Positions 25,599 through 38,400 of a stretch of DNA of 64,000 nt are shown here, one piece after another. Source of the stretch: Callorhinchus milii (Eukaryota). The DNA is taken from positions 9,302,001 through 9,366,000 of the forward strand of contig NW_024704742.1 of assembly GCF_018977255.1 (NCBI RefSeq), read 5' to 3'. The position numbers and the translations under genes are program-made. Below the pieces are notes generated by a model. It was not told the DNA's origin and searched no databases. It saw only the letters and a program-made list of their open reading frames with translations. Every line of letters begins with the position of its first letter. Position 1 is the stretch's first letter.

Positions 25599-27396
25599 AT
25601 AAATGGATCCAGTGGAAACTCTCTACAGTATTAAGGACAGGGAACTGACAAGCCCTTTTTGCCACTAATAGTGAAGTGATCTCATCGGATTAGTCACCAG
25701 GAGTTTCAAGTTCAAAATTACAACACAAAATTATATTTATATATTGTATAGCACCTTTCACATCGGGAGGATGTCCTTAGGGGGACAATAAAGCAGAATG
25801 TGAGAATATTGAGTTACCCTTATTACTGATTGTAGCTCTTTGATTGTGCTTATGGTCACCTTTCCCCTCCACACCCGCTTTGTTTTAAGCACTTATATAA
25901 ATGTAAATTGTATTGAACTGTAATAGCCACAAGATGAGGTTTATCTGTGATCATTATCTGCAATGGTCTGACTGGCAGAGTCTCTGGCTGTCAGCAGCTG
26001 CCTGAGGTTCGTGACTCTCCACTCACTGTAAGTCGTGCAAAACTGAATGTGGATATTAATATGAAGAGCCACAATTTACCCCATGGTACAGAATAGCAGT
26101 CCACACCTCGGAAGCTCAGTTAATAATGCAACACAAATAACCAACGCTGGCTCCCAAGCGCTGAATCTGTGATTGAGTGTAGCCAATTACATTGGAATGT
26201 CAGTGTTGTAAATCTCGGTGACAACATACCTCACAGCAACGGGCTCGATGTTGCATATCAGAATGAATCGTGTAGGTGAAGTTCTCAAAGCCGTTGAACT
26301 TGAGAAGTCTGTTCATTTCCTCAGGCTGCTGCCTCGGTCCTGCAAGTTAACTGAGTGGCTTGTGAAGCGCGTGCAATGTGGTTAATGCTCCACCGTGCTT
26401 TATTGGTGGCTGATGATGTCAGGAAGAGATTCACAGTGCGGGAATGGTCATCTTCAGTGCTGTAAGATTGCACTGCATTGAAGAAGAATCTGTTTTGTAA
26501 TATGGCTTGAAAACACAGCATTCAGAAAGCAAAAGTTATATCGTTGACAACTTTGGGTTTGCAATCTTCACCGATCTTTCACTTTCAGGCCTTTTCTTGG
26601 CCAAGAAGCTAAAGCGCTTTGGGACGCTATCCTGCGTGAAGGGCGCTACATAAATACACGTTGTTGTTGTTTTTGTTGTTGTAAAGGTCAGAAAGCAAAT
26701 GCCTTCAGCAAAACAGGGTTTATCAGCATGCAGGATCGGGAGGTTTGAGACACTTTGCTGGGAATTATCTATGTTATCTATTTCCTATTTTGATTAATAG
26801 GTGTATTAAAGGTCCTTACTTTCCCATTTTGCCTCTTCTCTCCTTATCATAATCCTGCCATTTTATTTCTGATTTGTTGGGAGAAGGGGGTTCCTGATCT
26901 GAGACAGGTGGGGCTGCGTTTCTGTGGTAATGCACGTGCATGTGAAGCGCTCTGGGAACCTACCTCACGTGAAGGGTGCTATATAAATGCAAATTGTTGT
27001 TGTCCAGTGAATGCGCAGTACACTCCTGCTGTTTCTGGGCGCAGTACAGATAACAGAATCTCCCAATGATAATACATAATAACTTCTTCCATTTGATGTC
27101 ATGCTTACAATGACAAAATGTCTCAAAGCACTCCATAAGTAATTGTTGCCAAGTGAAATACCTGTGTATTTTTGTCGTCAAATGCAGTGCTCAATTTGTG
27201 CACAGCAACATCCCAAGAAGATTACGTTTAATATTTTCCAGATGTAAAGACATATAATGTCATCGAATGGTCTCAAAGTGCCTTGCAGGATTTACTGTAA
27301 AGTGTAGTGACTGTGTATTTATACGCGACGGAGCAGACAATTTTGTGGCCACTGAGAGAAGTTCCCCTATCTTTCTGAATTGTATGATTGATAACG

Positions 27397-27823
27397 ATAA
27401 TAATCCTTGCATTTGATATAGCGCCTTATCACTTCTTCGAAACGTCTCAAAGCGCTTCACAGAATATACTGTAAAGTGAATTGATTGTATATTTTATGGG
27501 CGAAACGTGGCAGCCAATTGCACACAGCAGTGTTCCACAAACAGTCCTGGATTGAGTGACCAATTTTATTATTTTTTTGAAGGAATTATTACCTCCTGAA
27601 ATGCAATCTGCCAATCGACTAACAACCGCGTTCCTATTTACTGCTGGGTAAACGGAGGCGTGGGGAGAAAGGAAACTTACCCAACATTTCACCCTGCCCG
27701 AGAATCAAACCCAGGTCTCTCTCTTGCAACAAAACCACCAACAAAATTACATTTATAAAGCGGCTTTCACATTTGGAGGACGCTGCAAGGCACTGCAAGG
27801 CGAGTGCTGAGCTACAGGACTCC
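27397..27823 (-). mobile_element. Young SINE carrying a 64-bp L2-tail insertion in its anticodon arm
   Basis: Family match; insert 27730-27793 flanked by TGCAA. Confidence 0.88.
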
Positions 27824-28477
27824 ACAGATTGTACTTCAAATATTGATCAAAACTAATTAACTCTTTGGGGTACATCCTGCATGATTCTTGTCACAGAGAT
27901 TTTCCTTCTCTTGAAATCTCCCTTCTTTGTTTCACGCGCGCGGTGTATGCACAAACCATGAAAAGTAACTCAGTGCCCTGGAAAGAGAGCCATGAGATAG
28001 GTCTCTTTCAAACATCTATTCTCAGCAAGGTGATTCCTAGTCGCTAGCCATTCACTCAGATTACGCTAGACGGTGCTACGTAGAACTGAGGTACTTTGCA
28101 AATAGACTTGTTGCTGTTGTTATCTGTGTAGTTTTCAACAAAAAGGACATAACATTACAGTGTCACTGGAAGTTTAAAATTCACGTGCACTATAAACAGT
28201 GGAAATAATTCTATCCTCCCACCCCCGCTGTTTACCTGTTGCTCACTTGATATGTGGTCATGGTCCCTTGCGGTGTAAATATTTGTCCAACCATCTGCCA
28301 AAAATATAGTATGCACGCAACAACTTATTGCTTACAAATCCACCCACAAATGTAGCTGCTGTTGCTCTTAGAGTGTTTGTTTGATGGTGAAAGCCGCAGG
28401 TTATTATAGAATAGTATAGCACTCGCAGCAGCGTAACTGTTGGTGACACTTGGCTCAGATTGCTCACTGAACCATTT

Positions 28478-28900
28478 AGAGTCCTGTCGCGTATTGGTTA
28501 GAGCACTCTCCTTGCAAGCGAGAGGTCCTGGGTTTGATTCCCAGGCAGGGCGAAACGTTGGGCAAGTTTCCTTACTCCACTCCTCTGATTACCTAGCAGT
28601 GAGTTTACCAAGCGGTATGTAGGAACCTGTTTGTTAGCCGATTGGCGAATTGCTTTACCGGGTGTAATAATCCCATCAAAAAACATTTAAAAAATAATCA
28701 TAATTTGGTCATTGAATCCAAGACTGTTTGTGGGACACTGCTGTGTGCAATTGGTTGCCACATTTTGGCCACAAAATATACAGTCAATTCACTTCACAGT
28801 AAATTCCGTGAAGCGCTTTGAGACGTCTCGAAGATGTGATAAGGCGCTATAATAATAATAATAATATATCAAATGCAAGGATTATTATTATTATTATTAT
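28478..28900 (+). mobile_element. Young tRNA-Ala-derived SINE, full length
   Basis: Family match; extra (AAT)n inside the tail. Confidence 0.9.
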
Positions 28901-29142
28901 CTACCACCTTTCCTGGCAGCCTGCTCCAGTCATTGATTAATCTCTACAATTAAGAACCTTTGTTGTAGCTAATTTGAATTCACAATCCAGCCTCACAAAT
29001 GAAGAATGGCCGCTTGAGTGTGATGCTGAAAACGTCTGTCACTCATAAACATACACAAACACTTTCAAATAAAGGTCATTGCATCTCATACCATTGGTCC
29101 CAACAGCATAATGTAGGAACAATCATGTTCTTTACAATGTGA

Positions 29143-29379
29143 AGGATGAAATTCCACCTAGGGTCTAGGTTTGCTTCATTTTTGTAGCATTTCAGAACAG
29201 GCAGAATTTGGCAGTTCTTTAAATACAGTCTGACTCTTGAAGCGTTTTTTGTAAGTTCTTTTAAGAACTAACAGAAAACAAACTTTGAAATTAAAATTGA
29301 ATTAAATAATTTATCAAATGCTTGGTGTTCTAATGTTACGTTAATAAGTAAATCTAGACCTAGGTGGCATTTTAACCCC
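29143..29379. repeat. Long imperfect palindrome, candidate MITE-like remnant
   Basis: Arms of about 117 bp align from CCACCTAGGGTCTAG / CTAGACCTAGGTGG inward to the GTTCTT-TT-AAGAAC centre. Confidence 0.75.
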
Positions 29380-29722
29380 AGTGGAAAATGATCACAGCTA
29401 TAAAACGTTGCTCTTTTACACCATTATATGTTATAATAATCCTCACATTTTATATTAAATGTTAGGAGGATGTCTCTGAGACCTACGCAGAATTTTGGCT
29501 GAACATGGCAGTCGATTTGCACACAGCAGTGTCCCACAAACAGTGAATGACCAATTTTATCTGAGGGATTGTTGGTCAGGATGCTGGGAGAAACTCCATT
29601 CTTTGTTTCATAACAACAGCCAAAATTTAGCAATTGGAGAATTTTACTTGCCATTCTGATAAGTAAATCTGAGGTCTACGCAGGTCGAACTGACAGCGAC
29701 CATGATAACAGTCAATATTAGG

Positions 29723-30099
29723 ATAATAATAATCCTTGCATTTGATATATGTCTTATCATGTCTTCTAGACATTTCAAAGCGTTTCACAGAATATACTGT
29801 AAAGTGAATTGATGGTATATTTTGTAGGCAGAACACGGCAGCCAATTGCGCACAGCAGTGTCCCACAAACAGTCGTGGATTGAGTGACCAAATTATTATT
29901 TTTATTTATTTTTGAAGGGATTATTACCCCCGGAAAAGTGATCTGGCAATTGACTTACAACTAGGTTCCTTCTTACTGCTAGGTAAACAGAGAGGTGTGG
30001 AGTAAGGAAACTTGCCCAACGTTTCGCCCTGCATGGGAGTCGAACCCAGGTCCTCTCGCTTGTGAGGTGAGTAATCTAACCACTGAGCTACAGGACTCC
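29723..30099 (-). mobile_element. Young tRNA-Ala-derived SINE, full length
   Basis: Family match. Confidence 0.93.
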
Positions 30100-30819
30100 A
30101 GTGTCTCTAAATGGACTTGAATCAATTTAGTTGTGATCACACTGATGATTTAGTATCAACAGTTTCAAAATATTATTGATAATTAGAGTTATAAATTTAT
30201 TGAGGCTGATTTTTTTTNAGCCAGAGAATTCTTGACCATTTGTAGAAGTTGTGTTGATAGAACATAAAATGTAAAGGCCACTAGGGCAGCTTGTCAGATG
30301 GGCCAAACTAATTTTTAATGCACTTAGTGAGAGATTGCTGAGAGGATACTGTTTAAAATGGCCTTACTGAATCTTCATATTTTGATAAGAGAAACGCCCC
30401 TTCAATCTTTCAATCTCTAATTCTTCCAGGCAGGATGCCATTGCACTTAATATCTGCTGAGGTTTCTCTTGAAATTAGATATTGAAAGATGTGCCTGTCA
30501 CTGGACTGTAAACCTGCTATTATATGCATCCATAACGTATCTCTAAATGCTTACTATAATTTAAATGCAGTTCTCTCCTCACACATTCCTGCACCATTTC
30601 AACCACTTTCATTTCATAATAGGTTAAGTTTGATATAGCGCCTTTCACATCAGGGGGACATCTCAAAGCGCTTTACAGGCTATAGTTTACAGTGTATCCT
30701 GTGATACGCTTTGAGATATTGCATCTTCTGACGTGAAAGGCGCTATATCAAAAAATGTTCAAGTATTCTCTGGCGAGTACTCTAAACAATGAGCTTGAAG
30801 GAGTCGCTTCACAACTGAA

Positions 30820-31315
30820 ATGACCCGGCTTCGATTCCCGGGCAGGGTAAAACCTTAGGCAAGTTTGATTACTCCAAATGCTTCTGTTTACCTAACAGTA
30901 AGTAGGAATCCAGTCCACAGAATCATAGAATATTACAGCACAGAAGGAGGCCTTTCGACCCATTGTGTCTGTGTCAGCTCTTTGGAAGAGCTCTGCTCTT
31001 TCACTATAACCCAGCAATTTTTTTCCTTTTCAAGTACCTATCTAATTCCCTTTCGATTCAAGGGAATCATCTAATTCCCCAAGTTGTTGATAATTGGTGG
31101 ATCACTTTCCGGGGGTAATAATCCCTTCATAATAAATAAGAATTTGGTCACTCAATCCATGACTGTTTGTGGGACACCACTGTACACAATTGGCTGCTGC
31201 GTTTCTCCCACAAAATATACAGTTAATTCACTTTACAGTTTATTCTGTGAAGCGCTTTATGACGTCTCAACAACATGATAAGCCCTACATCGAATGCAAG
31301 AATTATTATTATTAT
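30820..31315 (+). mobile_element. Young SINE split by a minus-strand CR1 3' fragment (about 30918-31075)
   Basis: SINE body stops at GGAATCCAGT and resumes at AGTTGTTGATAATTGG; the insert begins ACAGAATCATAGAA. Confidence 0.8.
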
Positions 31316-31317
31316 AA

Positions 31318-31632
31318 GTGTAATGACTGTGTTTTTGTAGATGAATATGGCAACTAATTTGCACCCACAAACACCCATGAAATGGATGACTAGTTTTAAT
31401 TTTTGGGGGTGGATTGTAAGCCGGAACATTGGGAGAAACTCCTTTTCAGAATCAATCGACGGGATCTTTAATGCCCAACTGAACAGGCAGAACCTCATTG
31501 TGAGGTCGCATTCAAAGGACAGCACCTCCAACAAAGTAGCCTCGTCTGGCAATTCAGTGTCACAACATGAGGCCTGAACCCATAAACTTCTGACTCAGGG
31601 GTGAACATATTACCATGTAAGCCAGACTGACA
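31318..31632 (-). mobile_element. Deu-domain SINE
   Basis: Reverse strand GGAGGTGCTGTCCTTTGAATGCGAC..AAAGATCCC. Confidence 0.75.
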
Positions 31633-32045
31633 CACCACAATAAGTGTATTAAGCGTTCTGAGAAGCCTTCCGGCGAGGAGGGCGGTATATAAATGTAAGT
31701 TGTTGTTGTTATTGTATTGTATTGCTGTCTTGCTTCTATCCAAACCATCAGTATCATTGGGTGACCCCAACAGCAACTCAAAATGGGACAAATGGGTTTA
31801 CGCTGACTGATATAGACATAAGAGCTTCATCGTATAGGAAGGTACAGCATGTATTGTGTGAAATATATGTGTCATACGATACTAATAATCTTGCCTTTGG
31901 TGTAAAACCTTTCATGCTGGGAGGAAGTCTAAAAGCACTTCACAAGGTTTTACTGTAATGTGTAGTAACTGTGTATTTTAAGAATAATAATCCTTGCATT
32001 TGATACAGTGACTTGTATATCAAATGCAAGGATTATTATTATTAT

Positions 32046-32473
32046 CATGCCGTTGATACATCTCAAAGGACTTCACAGGATATACTGTTAATAATAATTA
32101 TTATATACTGTTAAGTGGATTAGTCATTTATTTGTGTGGCTGAAAAGCAGCAGTCAATTGCGCAGAGTAATGTTCCACAAAAAGCCATGGGGTGAGTGAC
32201 CAATTTTACTTGGGGATTGTTGGCCAGGACACCGGAAGAAACTCCCTTCTCTTTTTGAATATTGCCATTGGATCTTTAACTTCGAGCTGAACAGGAAGAC
32301 AGGACCTTGGTTTAACACCTCATATGAAGGACGGCACCTCTGACAATGCAACACCTCACCCCCAACATTGGAGTGCCATCTTAGACTGTGTGATTCTAAG
32401 TCCTAATATGGGGCTTGAACCCACAATCTTCGGACTCAGAAGCAGGAGTGCCACCACTCAACCAGGCTGATAC
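32046..32473 (-). mobile_element. Deu-domain SINE (SacSINE1/AmnSINE1-like), near full length
   Basis: tRNA head, GAGGTGCCGTCCTTCATATGAGGTGTTAAACCAAGGTCCTGTC, AAAGATCCAATGGCA, GGTGTCCTGGCCAA. Confidence 0.85.
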
Positions 32474-32596
32474 ACTGACAAAGTAGTGTAGTAACAGGTA
32501 GGGGTAGCCCATTAGTCCATCTACCCTGTCTGCCCGATTTCCCAAAACCTCCTTCAACACATCTGGATCATCCTCTAATGATTCCTGGCCAATCAA

Positions 32597-32968
32597 GCTC
32601 AGCTGGTAGCAAGCACTCACACCTCTAAGTTAAAAGGCTAAGGATTCAAGCCCCATGTTTGGATTGGAATTCTTATAGTCAAAGCAAAACTGGGGTGTAC
32701 TACATTGTTGGGGGCACTGTCTTTCGAATGAAATATTAAACCCGAGTCTTGTCTGCCTGTTTAGTTGTTGTGTTATTAAAGATTGCATGGCTCTATTCAA
32801 AAAAGGGGAATTTCCTGGCACAATAATCCCCCAAATAAAATTAGTTTTTAACTTCATGGCTGTTTATGGGACATTGCTGTGTACAAATTGGCTGCAGCAC
32901 TGTGAAGTGCTTTGGGTCAGCCTCCCAATGTGAAAGGCACTTTACCAAATATAAGGATTATTATTATT
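32597..32968 (+). mobile_element. Deu-domain SINE
   Basis: GCTCAGCTGGTAGCA head, GTCTTTCGAATGAAATATTAAACC Deu core, L2-type tail. Confidence 0.8.
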
Positions 32969-33725
32969 AATTCCTTCAATTTCCAGGAACTTGCTCAGGT
33001 TCTCTCGAAATCCCTGTATTGTTTATGGATCCACCTCCTGTGTTGTTGGACTGGTGTATACAGATGGTGCTTACCCTGTTAGAAAATCCTGACCTCATTC
33101 ATTATTATTGCCAGATGGTCTTCCAAGTTATATATAGTTTTCTCCTACTGATATTGTATCTTGCAGTGTTCTTAACAGGATTCCTAAAAAAGCAATACCG
33201 TTAAAATTCCTGTCATTACGGTAGTGGGTGGCTTTGAGTGGAGATTCCGTGGGTCAGTTAACAAGGTATCCGGTTCACAGAAAAAGACTTCTTTTGCACG
33301 ACTTGGATTCCTTTCTTAAGGAATCTCATTCAAGAAATATCAGCAATTAGACCCCACTGCCTATACCTCCGGCTGCTGATTTGAATGATGTTGAAATGGT
33401 GTTTGAGCTTACAGTTCCAGCTGGAGGCCACAGCGGCAGCCAGTCATTTACACAGAAATAAGGTGTACTCAAGTGCAATCCACAGATCAGCATTCTGAGC
33501 CAAAGCCAGCTGCACAGCAAACAAAGTATTGGTCACAATCCTACAAAATGTCCTCTAAAAATTGCACTCAGGTTGCAGATTACTTTCTATCTGGATGTAC
33601 TGGAATTTAAAAATCAGTAAAGAAATACCATGAAGGTTGTTTTAGAAATTGCCTAGAGGAAATGGCCATAGGTCAAATGGTGGGGGCGGAAAGGGATAAA
33701 ATTGACAATAAGAAACAGGTTTAGG

Positions 33726-34122
33726 TGTCAGCTTGAGGGCTTAGGTGGTACCACTCTCACCTGTGGGTCAGAATGTGTTAGTTTAAGCCCAATATTGGGA
33801 CTTTGTACTCCTTCTCTGGGCTGAGACTGACAATTCACAGCCACCTCTGCACAATCAAAGGTACTGTCCTTCGGGTGAGATGTATGTCTGTTCAGGTGGA
33901 TGTAAAAGATCCTATGGCACTACTCAAAAAGGAAAAAAGAAGGGAGTTTCTCTCTTTCCCAGTGTCCTGGCCAAGAATCTCCTAGATACAATTGGTCATT
34001 CACTCCATAGTTGCTTGTGGGACATTGCTGTGTGCAAAATTGTTTGGTGGTGTTCATCTACAAATATGCAGTGACCACACAATGCTTTGAGAAGTTATAG
34101 GCGCAAATGAAAAGATTAATAT
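33726..34122 (+). mobile_element. Deu-domain SINE
   Basis: CAGGTGGATGTAAAAGATCCTATGGCACT and GTGTCCTGGCCAA. Confidence 0.8.
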
Positions 34123-34789
34123 TAGTAAATCTCAGTCAAATGTTGGCAGCCGAGGGGAACAAAGGGAGGGAAGATGGAACAGTCTGAAGCTTTGGAGCGT
34201 GACCATAAACCCGAATAGCAGAGAAATAGACAAGATGTGCTCACACCACATGTATGTGCAGAGGACTATTTCTCATGGATTAAAAATAAACAAGATAATA
34301 CTTTGTCAGATTGTATGCTCAAAGTCATTTGTTTTACTAAATATGAGGTGACATGTTTTTATGTTACTTCTATAAAACAAGCTTTGGAACTTAATAAATA
34401 GCCTGAAAGAATAACAGACTCGGGTGATTGATGTTTGGATGCATTCATGTCTAGAAGGAAGCAATTATCTGAGCGAGGGCCTCTATGTGTTTTTTTGTAT
34501 TTTTGCACTTAAACACTAGCACATTTATATCTTGTTTTAAGTGACTATTGGCAGGCTTTTGTGGGAACAAGTTAGAAACAAATTGGGACTTGGGCAACAA
34601 TAAACAACGATGAGCGAGGTGTGTTGTTTGGAGACATCTCTTTTATCATAAATTATTTAAGACATGGGAGTTCTAGTTCAAATATTTTACAGGAGAACTT
34701 TTTAGTTGTGGTGGTACTAAGATTCTGAATCAATGTTGTGGAGCTCTGGATAAAACCATGCAATGGGTTTTATAACCCTTGATACAGGT

Positions 34790-35045
34790 TTCCAAATCCC
34801 TTCGTGCCCTGGCACCTACCTAGCTTTCCGACTTGCTCACCCCACATTCCACCACCTGCTGCCGGCTCCGGCCTCCTGTTCGCCCCTTGGCCCCTCCGCT
34901 CCACCATCGGTGGCCGTGCTTTCAGTCACTATACCCCAAAGCAATGGAATTCTCTCCGTCAATCTCTCCACCTTGCACCCTCCCTCCCCACCTTCAAATC
35001 CCACCTAAAGGCCTTCCTTTTTGATCAGGCTTACTATCCCTGCCC
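34790..35045 (+). mobile_element. L2 ORF2 3' fragment
   Basis: TIGGRAFSHYTPKQWNSL..FKSHLKAFLFDQAY. Confidence 0.85.
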
Positions 35046-35222
35046 TCCAAAAGTGACGGATAAAGCCGTGGTTATTTTTTGATTAAACCGCAGCTCAGTG
35101 CATTTCTTTTGCAGGTCATTACTCCAGATGTACATTGAAGCAATTGTGTTCGGTCAAGCGCAAGTGCAGTCATTTCCTCAAACACATGGCCTGACATTGC
35201 AAGAGTAGCCAAGGCTTTGTAG

Positions 35223-35548
35223 TAATAATAATAATAATAATCCTTGCATTTGATATAGCGCTTTTCACGTCGGGAGGACGTCCCAAAGCGCTTCACAGAA
35301 CACACTGTAAAGTGAATTGACTGTATATTTGTGGGCGAACGCGGCAGCCAATTGCGCACAGCAATGTCCCACAAACAGTCGTAGACTGAAAATGACCAAT
35401 TTTATTATTGTTTTTGGTTTTGGAGGGATTATTATTAGGCTCTGTGTGGAGTAAGGAAACTTGCCCAAGGTTTCGCCCTCTGCCTGGAATTGAACTCAGG
35501 TCTCTTGCTTCCAAAGCGAGTGCTCTAACCACTGAGCTACAGGACTCC
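35223..35548 (-). mobile_element. Young SINE, short subfamily, low divergence
   Basis: CpGs retained; perfect AGCGCTTT/AAAGCGCT tail stem. Confidence 0.94.
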
Positions 35549-35746
35549 GCTTTCTATAGACGTTGAGCTTTCTATAGACGAATGCGCCAGACCCTTTTTT
35601 TAAATCAGTTTGAATCGTTGATGATCAAACTGATGCCCTTGACTTTGTGAGGAATTGCGAGTTCAGTGAAACCACATTTTAAACACTCAGTGCATTTCTA
35701 AACAAACCTGAAATCTGCAGGTAATATTACCAGGACCTGACTTCCC

Positions 35747-37000
35747 TTTTTTTTGAAAATATATATGTATTTATAAATATAACATTCAGTACAACAGAAA
35801 TCTCAAACAAACACAACATCTTCTGTTACAATTTTTTCCCTTTTCTCCCGACACATTCCATTGCTTACGGTACATTCCTTCACCCCACGTAGGTTGTGCA
35901 CACTTTTTTTGGGACGCTCCCTTTAAAACAGTCGAGAGTCCCCCCTGCGTGCACCACATCCATGTGCGCACCCACAAGGCGCACTTGCCTCTTTCGGAAG
36001 TCGCCCTGATGTGCACTGTACACGCACATGTTTACCGTACATACATTTTCAGAACGCTCTTTGGTTACAATTCGAGCGTCCTTCTGTACCCTTAAATTTA
36101 TTTCAGTCAGTTTTGGGTGCTCTCGTGGGTTACCCGGTGGGTGAGCCTTGAGCGGTTTGTGCCGGAGTGGCTCCTGCCGGGGTCAGGCCCCATCTGGCCT
36201 TTGCCACCGTTGAGCTGAGCGTCAGTGTGTCTCTCAGTGTATAGTCCCTGATCCTAGCGTGCGCAAGCCTGAGGCAGGCCCTCATCATCCCTGCGTTCTG
36301 CCAGAAGAACACCTGGTTTCGGGAGTGCCAAAGGGCCTTCTTTACCGACCCTAAGATCCTCCAGGCACATTCGATGTAGGTTTCGCTGTGAATGCCCAGG
36401 AAGAGCCCGTACAGCAACGAGTGCTGTGACAGCAGGTCCCCAGGAACAAACGACAAGAGAATCCATTCCATCTTTTTCCAAACCACTTTGCGAAACATCA
36501 TTCCAGGAAAAGGTGGTCCACGGTCTCCTGGACTCTGCAGCCGGCCCGACGGCAGCGTGCTGACTGGCCCAGACCTCGACCGTGCATGAAAGCCCTGAGG
36601 GGAAGGGGCAGGACCACTCGGTGATTGCGCGGGGATCTGGGATGGTGTTCGTCAGGAATTTCTCAACATGGGATAGGTGGTTCTGCACGCTCCAACTGTG
36701 TGGAACATTTTGAGGTTGTTCTGCCAGATCCACCCTTCTTAGCACCGGGTACAGGTGGAAACCCAGCAAGTAGTGGCATTTATTGCCCGTGTAGCAGGAC
36801 TCCAGGCACAGTCTCAGGCAGCTACACCCCTCAGGGCTAAGTTAGGGACCCTTTCAAACCCTCTTCTGGGGTTTTGTGCATCGTGTCTCTGCGGACATGA
36901 TCCATCTTGGACCCCAGATCAGTTGGAACACCTCTCTGGCGACTTCAGTGGCATGGGTCCTGGTCAAAGGCCAGACCTGGGTCACGTACAGTAACACCGA
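35747..37000 (-). mobile_element. L1/Tx1-clade LINE, 5'-truncated, with poly(A) and 11-bp TSD
   Basis: SVLLYVTQVWP..VFQLIWG and LLYGLF..CAWRILGSVKKALWHSRN ORF2 C-terminal motifs; T8 at 35747-35754; GACCTGACTTC at 35734-35744 and 37001-37011. Confidence 0.9.
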
Positions 37001-37247
37001 GACCTGACTTCTCCACCAAGTGACACCCAGCCTTCTGCAGTGGGGAATGAGCATTCCCGCTTTGGAATGAGCAGCAGGCAACCCTGTTAAACTGTTTTCT
37101 CATTCAGCATGGATTCATTTATAGTAACCTGGACATCAGTTTCAATTCCTACCCTCCCCACCAACCACGCAACCACCAGCTCGGGTGCAGATCCCTGGCT
37201 GCCCAGCGCCTTGGAAGTCCTCTTGATGTGAAAGGCGCTGTACAACA

Positions 37248-38400
37248 CGGACCTGCTCTTGCCTGTTTCGATTCCTATCTCTCTCACCGTCTCCACTTTG
37301 TTGCCTCTAACGGTTTCTCCTGTCACGTCTGGCGTCCCCCAGGGCTTTGTCCTTGGCCCTCTCCTCTTTAGTATCTACATGCTCCCCCTTGGTGACATCT
37401 GCATACATGGGGTCAACTTCCACATGTATGCGGATGACACCCAACTCTATCTTTCTGCCTCCACCCTCAACTCCAGGACCACTGCTGTCCTGACAGACTG
37501 TCTGTCAGACATCAGGTCCTGGATGAGAGAAAACTTCCTACAGTTGAATGTGAACAAGACTGAGGCACTCCTGATTGGCTCGCGCCAGCGCTTCTGCACC
37601 TCAGGTTCAGGCAGCATCAACCTCTATGGTTGCATACTACAACTCACCAAACCAGTCAGGAACCTCGGTGTCTTGTTTGACCCTCAACTGTCTTTTCTTC
37701 CCCACATCCAAGCCATGACCCACTCTGCCTTCCCTCACCTCCGTAACATCGCCCGACTCCGCCACTACCTCACCCCTCAGGCCACTGAAACTATTGTTCA
37801 TGCCTTCATCACCTCCAGGCTCGACTATGCAAACGTCCTGCTTGTCGGCCTTCCCAACTCCTCCCTCCATAGGCTGCAGATAATCCAGAACTCTGCAGCC
37901 ATGTCCTCTCCCACACCAAACTCCGTGACCCCATCTTCCCCATTCTCACCCGATTCCATTGGCTCCCTATCCTTCAGAGGTTCCAGTTCAAAATCCTGGT
38001 CCTCACCTAAAAAGCCCTTCTTGGCCTCACCCCACCCTACCTCTGCAACCTCCTAACCCCCTACCAACCCACCCGCTCCCTCCGCTCAGCCGGCTCTGGC
38101 CTGCTCCATGTTCCCCGACCCACCCGCCCCACCATTGGCGGGAGAGCCTTCAGCCACTCTGCCCCCAACCTCTGGAATTCCATCCCCCAATCACTCCCCC
38201 TTGCCCCCTCCTTAACCTCCTTTAAGTCCTGCCTCAAGACCCTCCTCTTTGACCATGCCATCGGTCACCTTTCCTCTCCAATCCCCTCTCCTCCCTGACC
38301 CCAGCTCGGGTCTGAAATGCTGTACACTGTCCAGCACCTTGGGACGTCCACCTGATGTGAAAGACACTATACAAATGTAATCTTGTTGTTGTTGTTGTTG
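37248..38400 (+). mobile_element. L2 LINE, longest copy (RT domain to 3' tail), frameshifted
   Basis: [18 protein letters not shown]...[14 protein letters not shown] motifs; (TTG)n tail; preceded by another L2 tail at about 37150-37245. Confidence 0.95.

Noticed and set aside
33225..33460. Protein-like frame RLLLHDLDSFLKES...PPAADLNDVEMVFELTV
   Set aside because: Interrupted by an in-frame TAG, no homology recognised, no splice signals
37259..38056. 265-aa reverse-transcriptase ORF as a host gene or retron-like system
   Set aside because: 5'-truncated, frameshifted L2 ORF2 with many sibling fragments and a typical L2 tail
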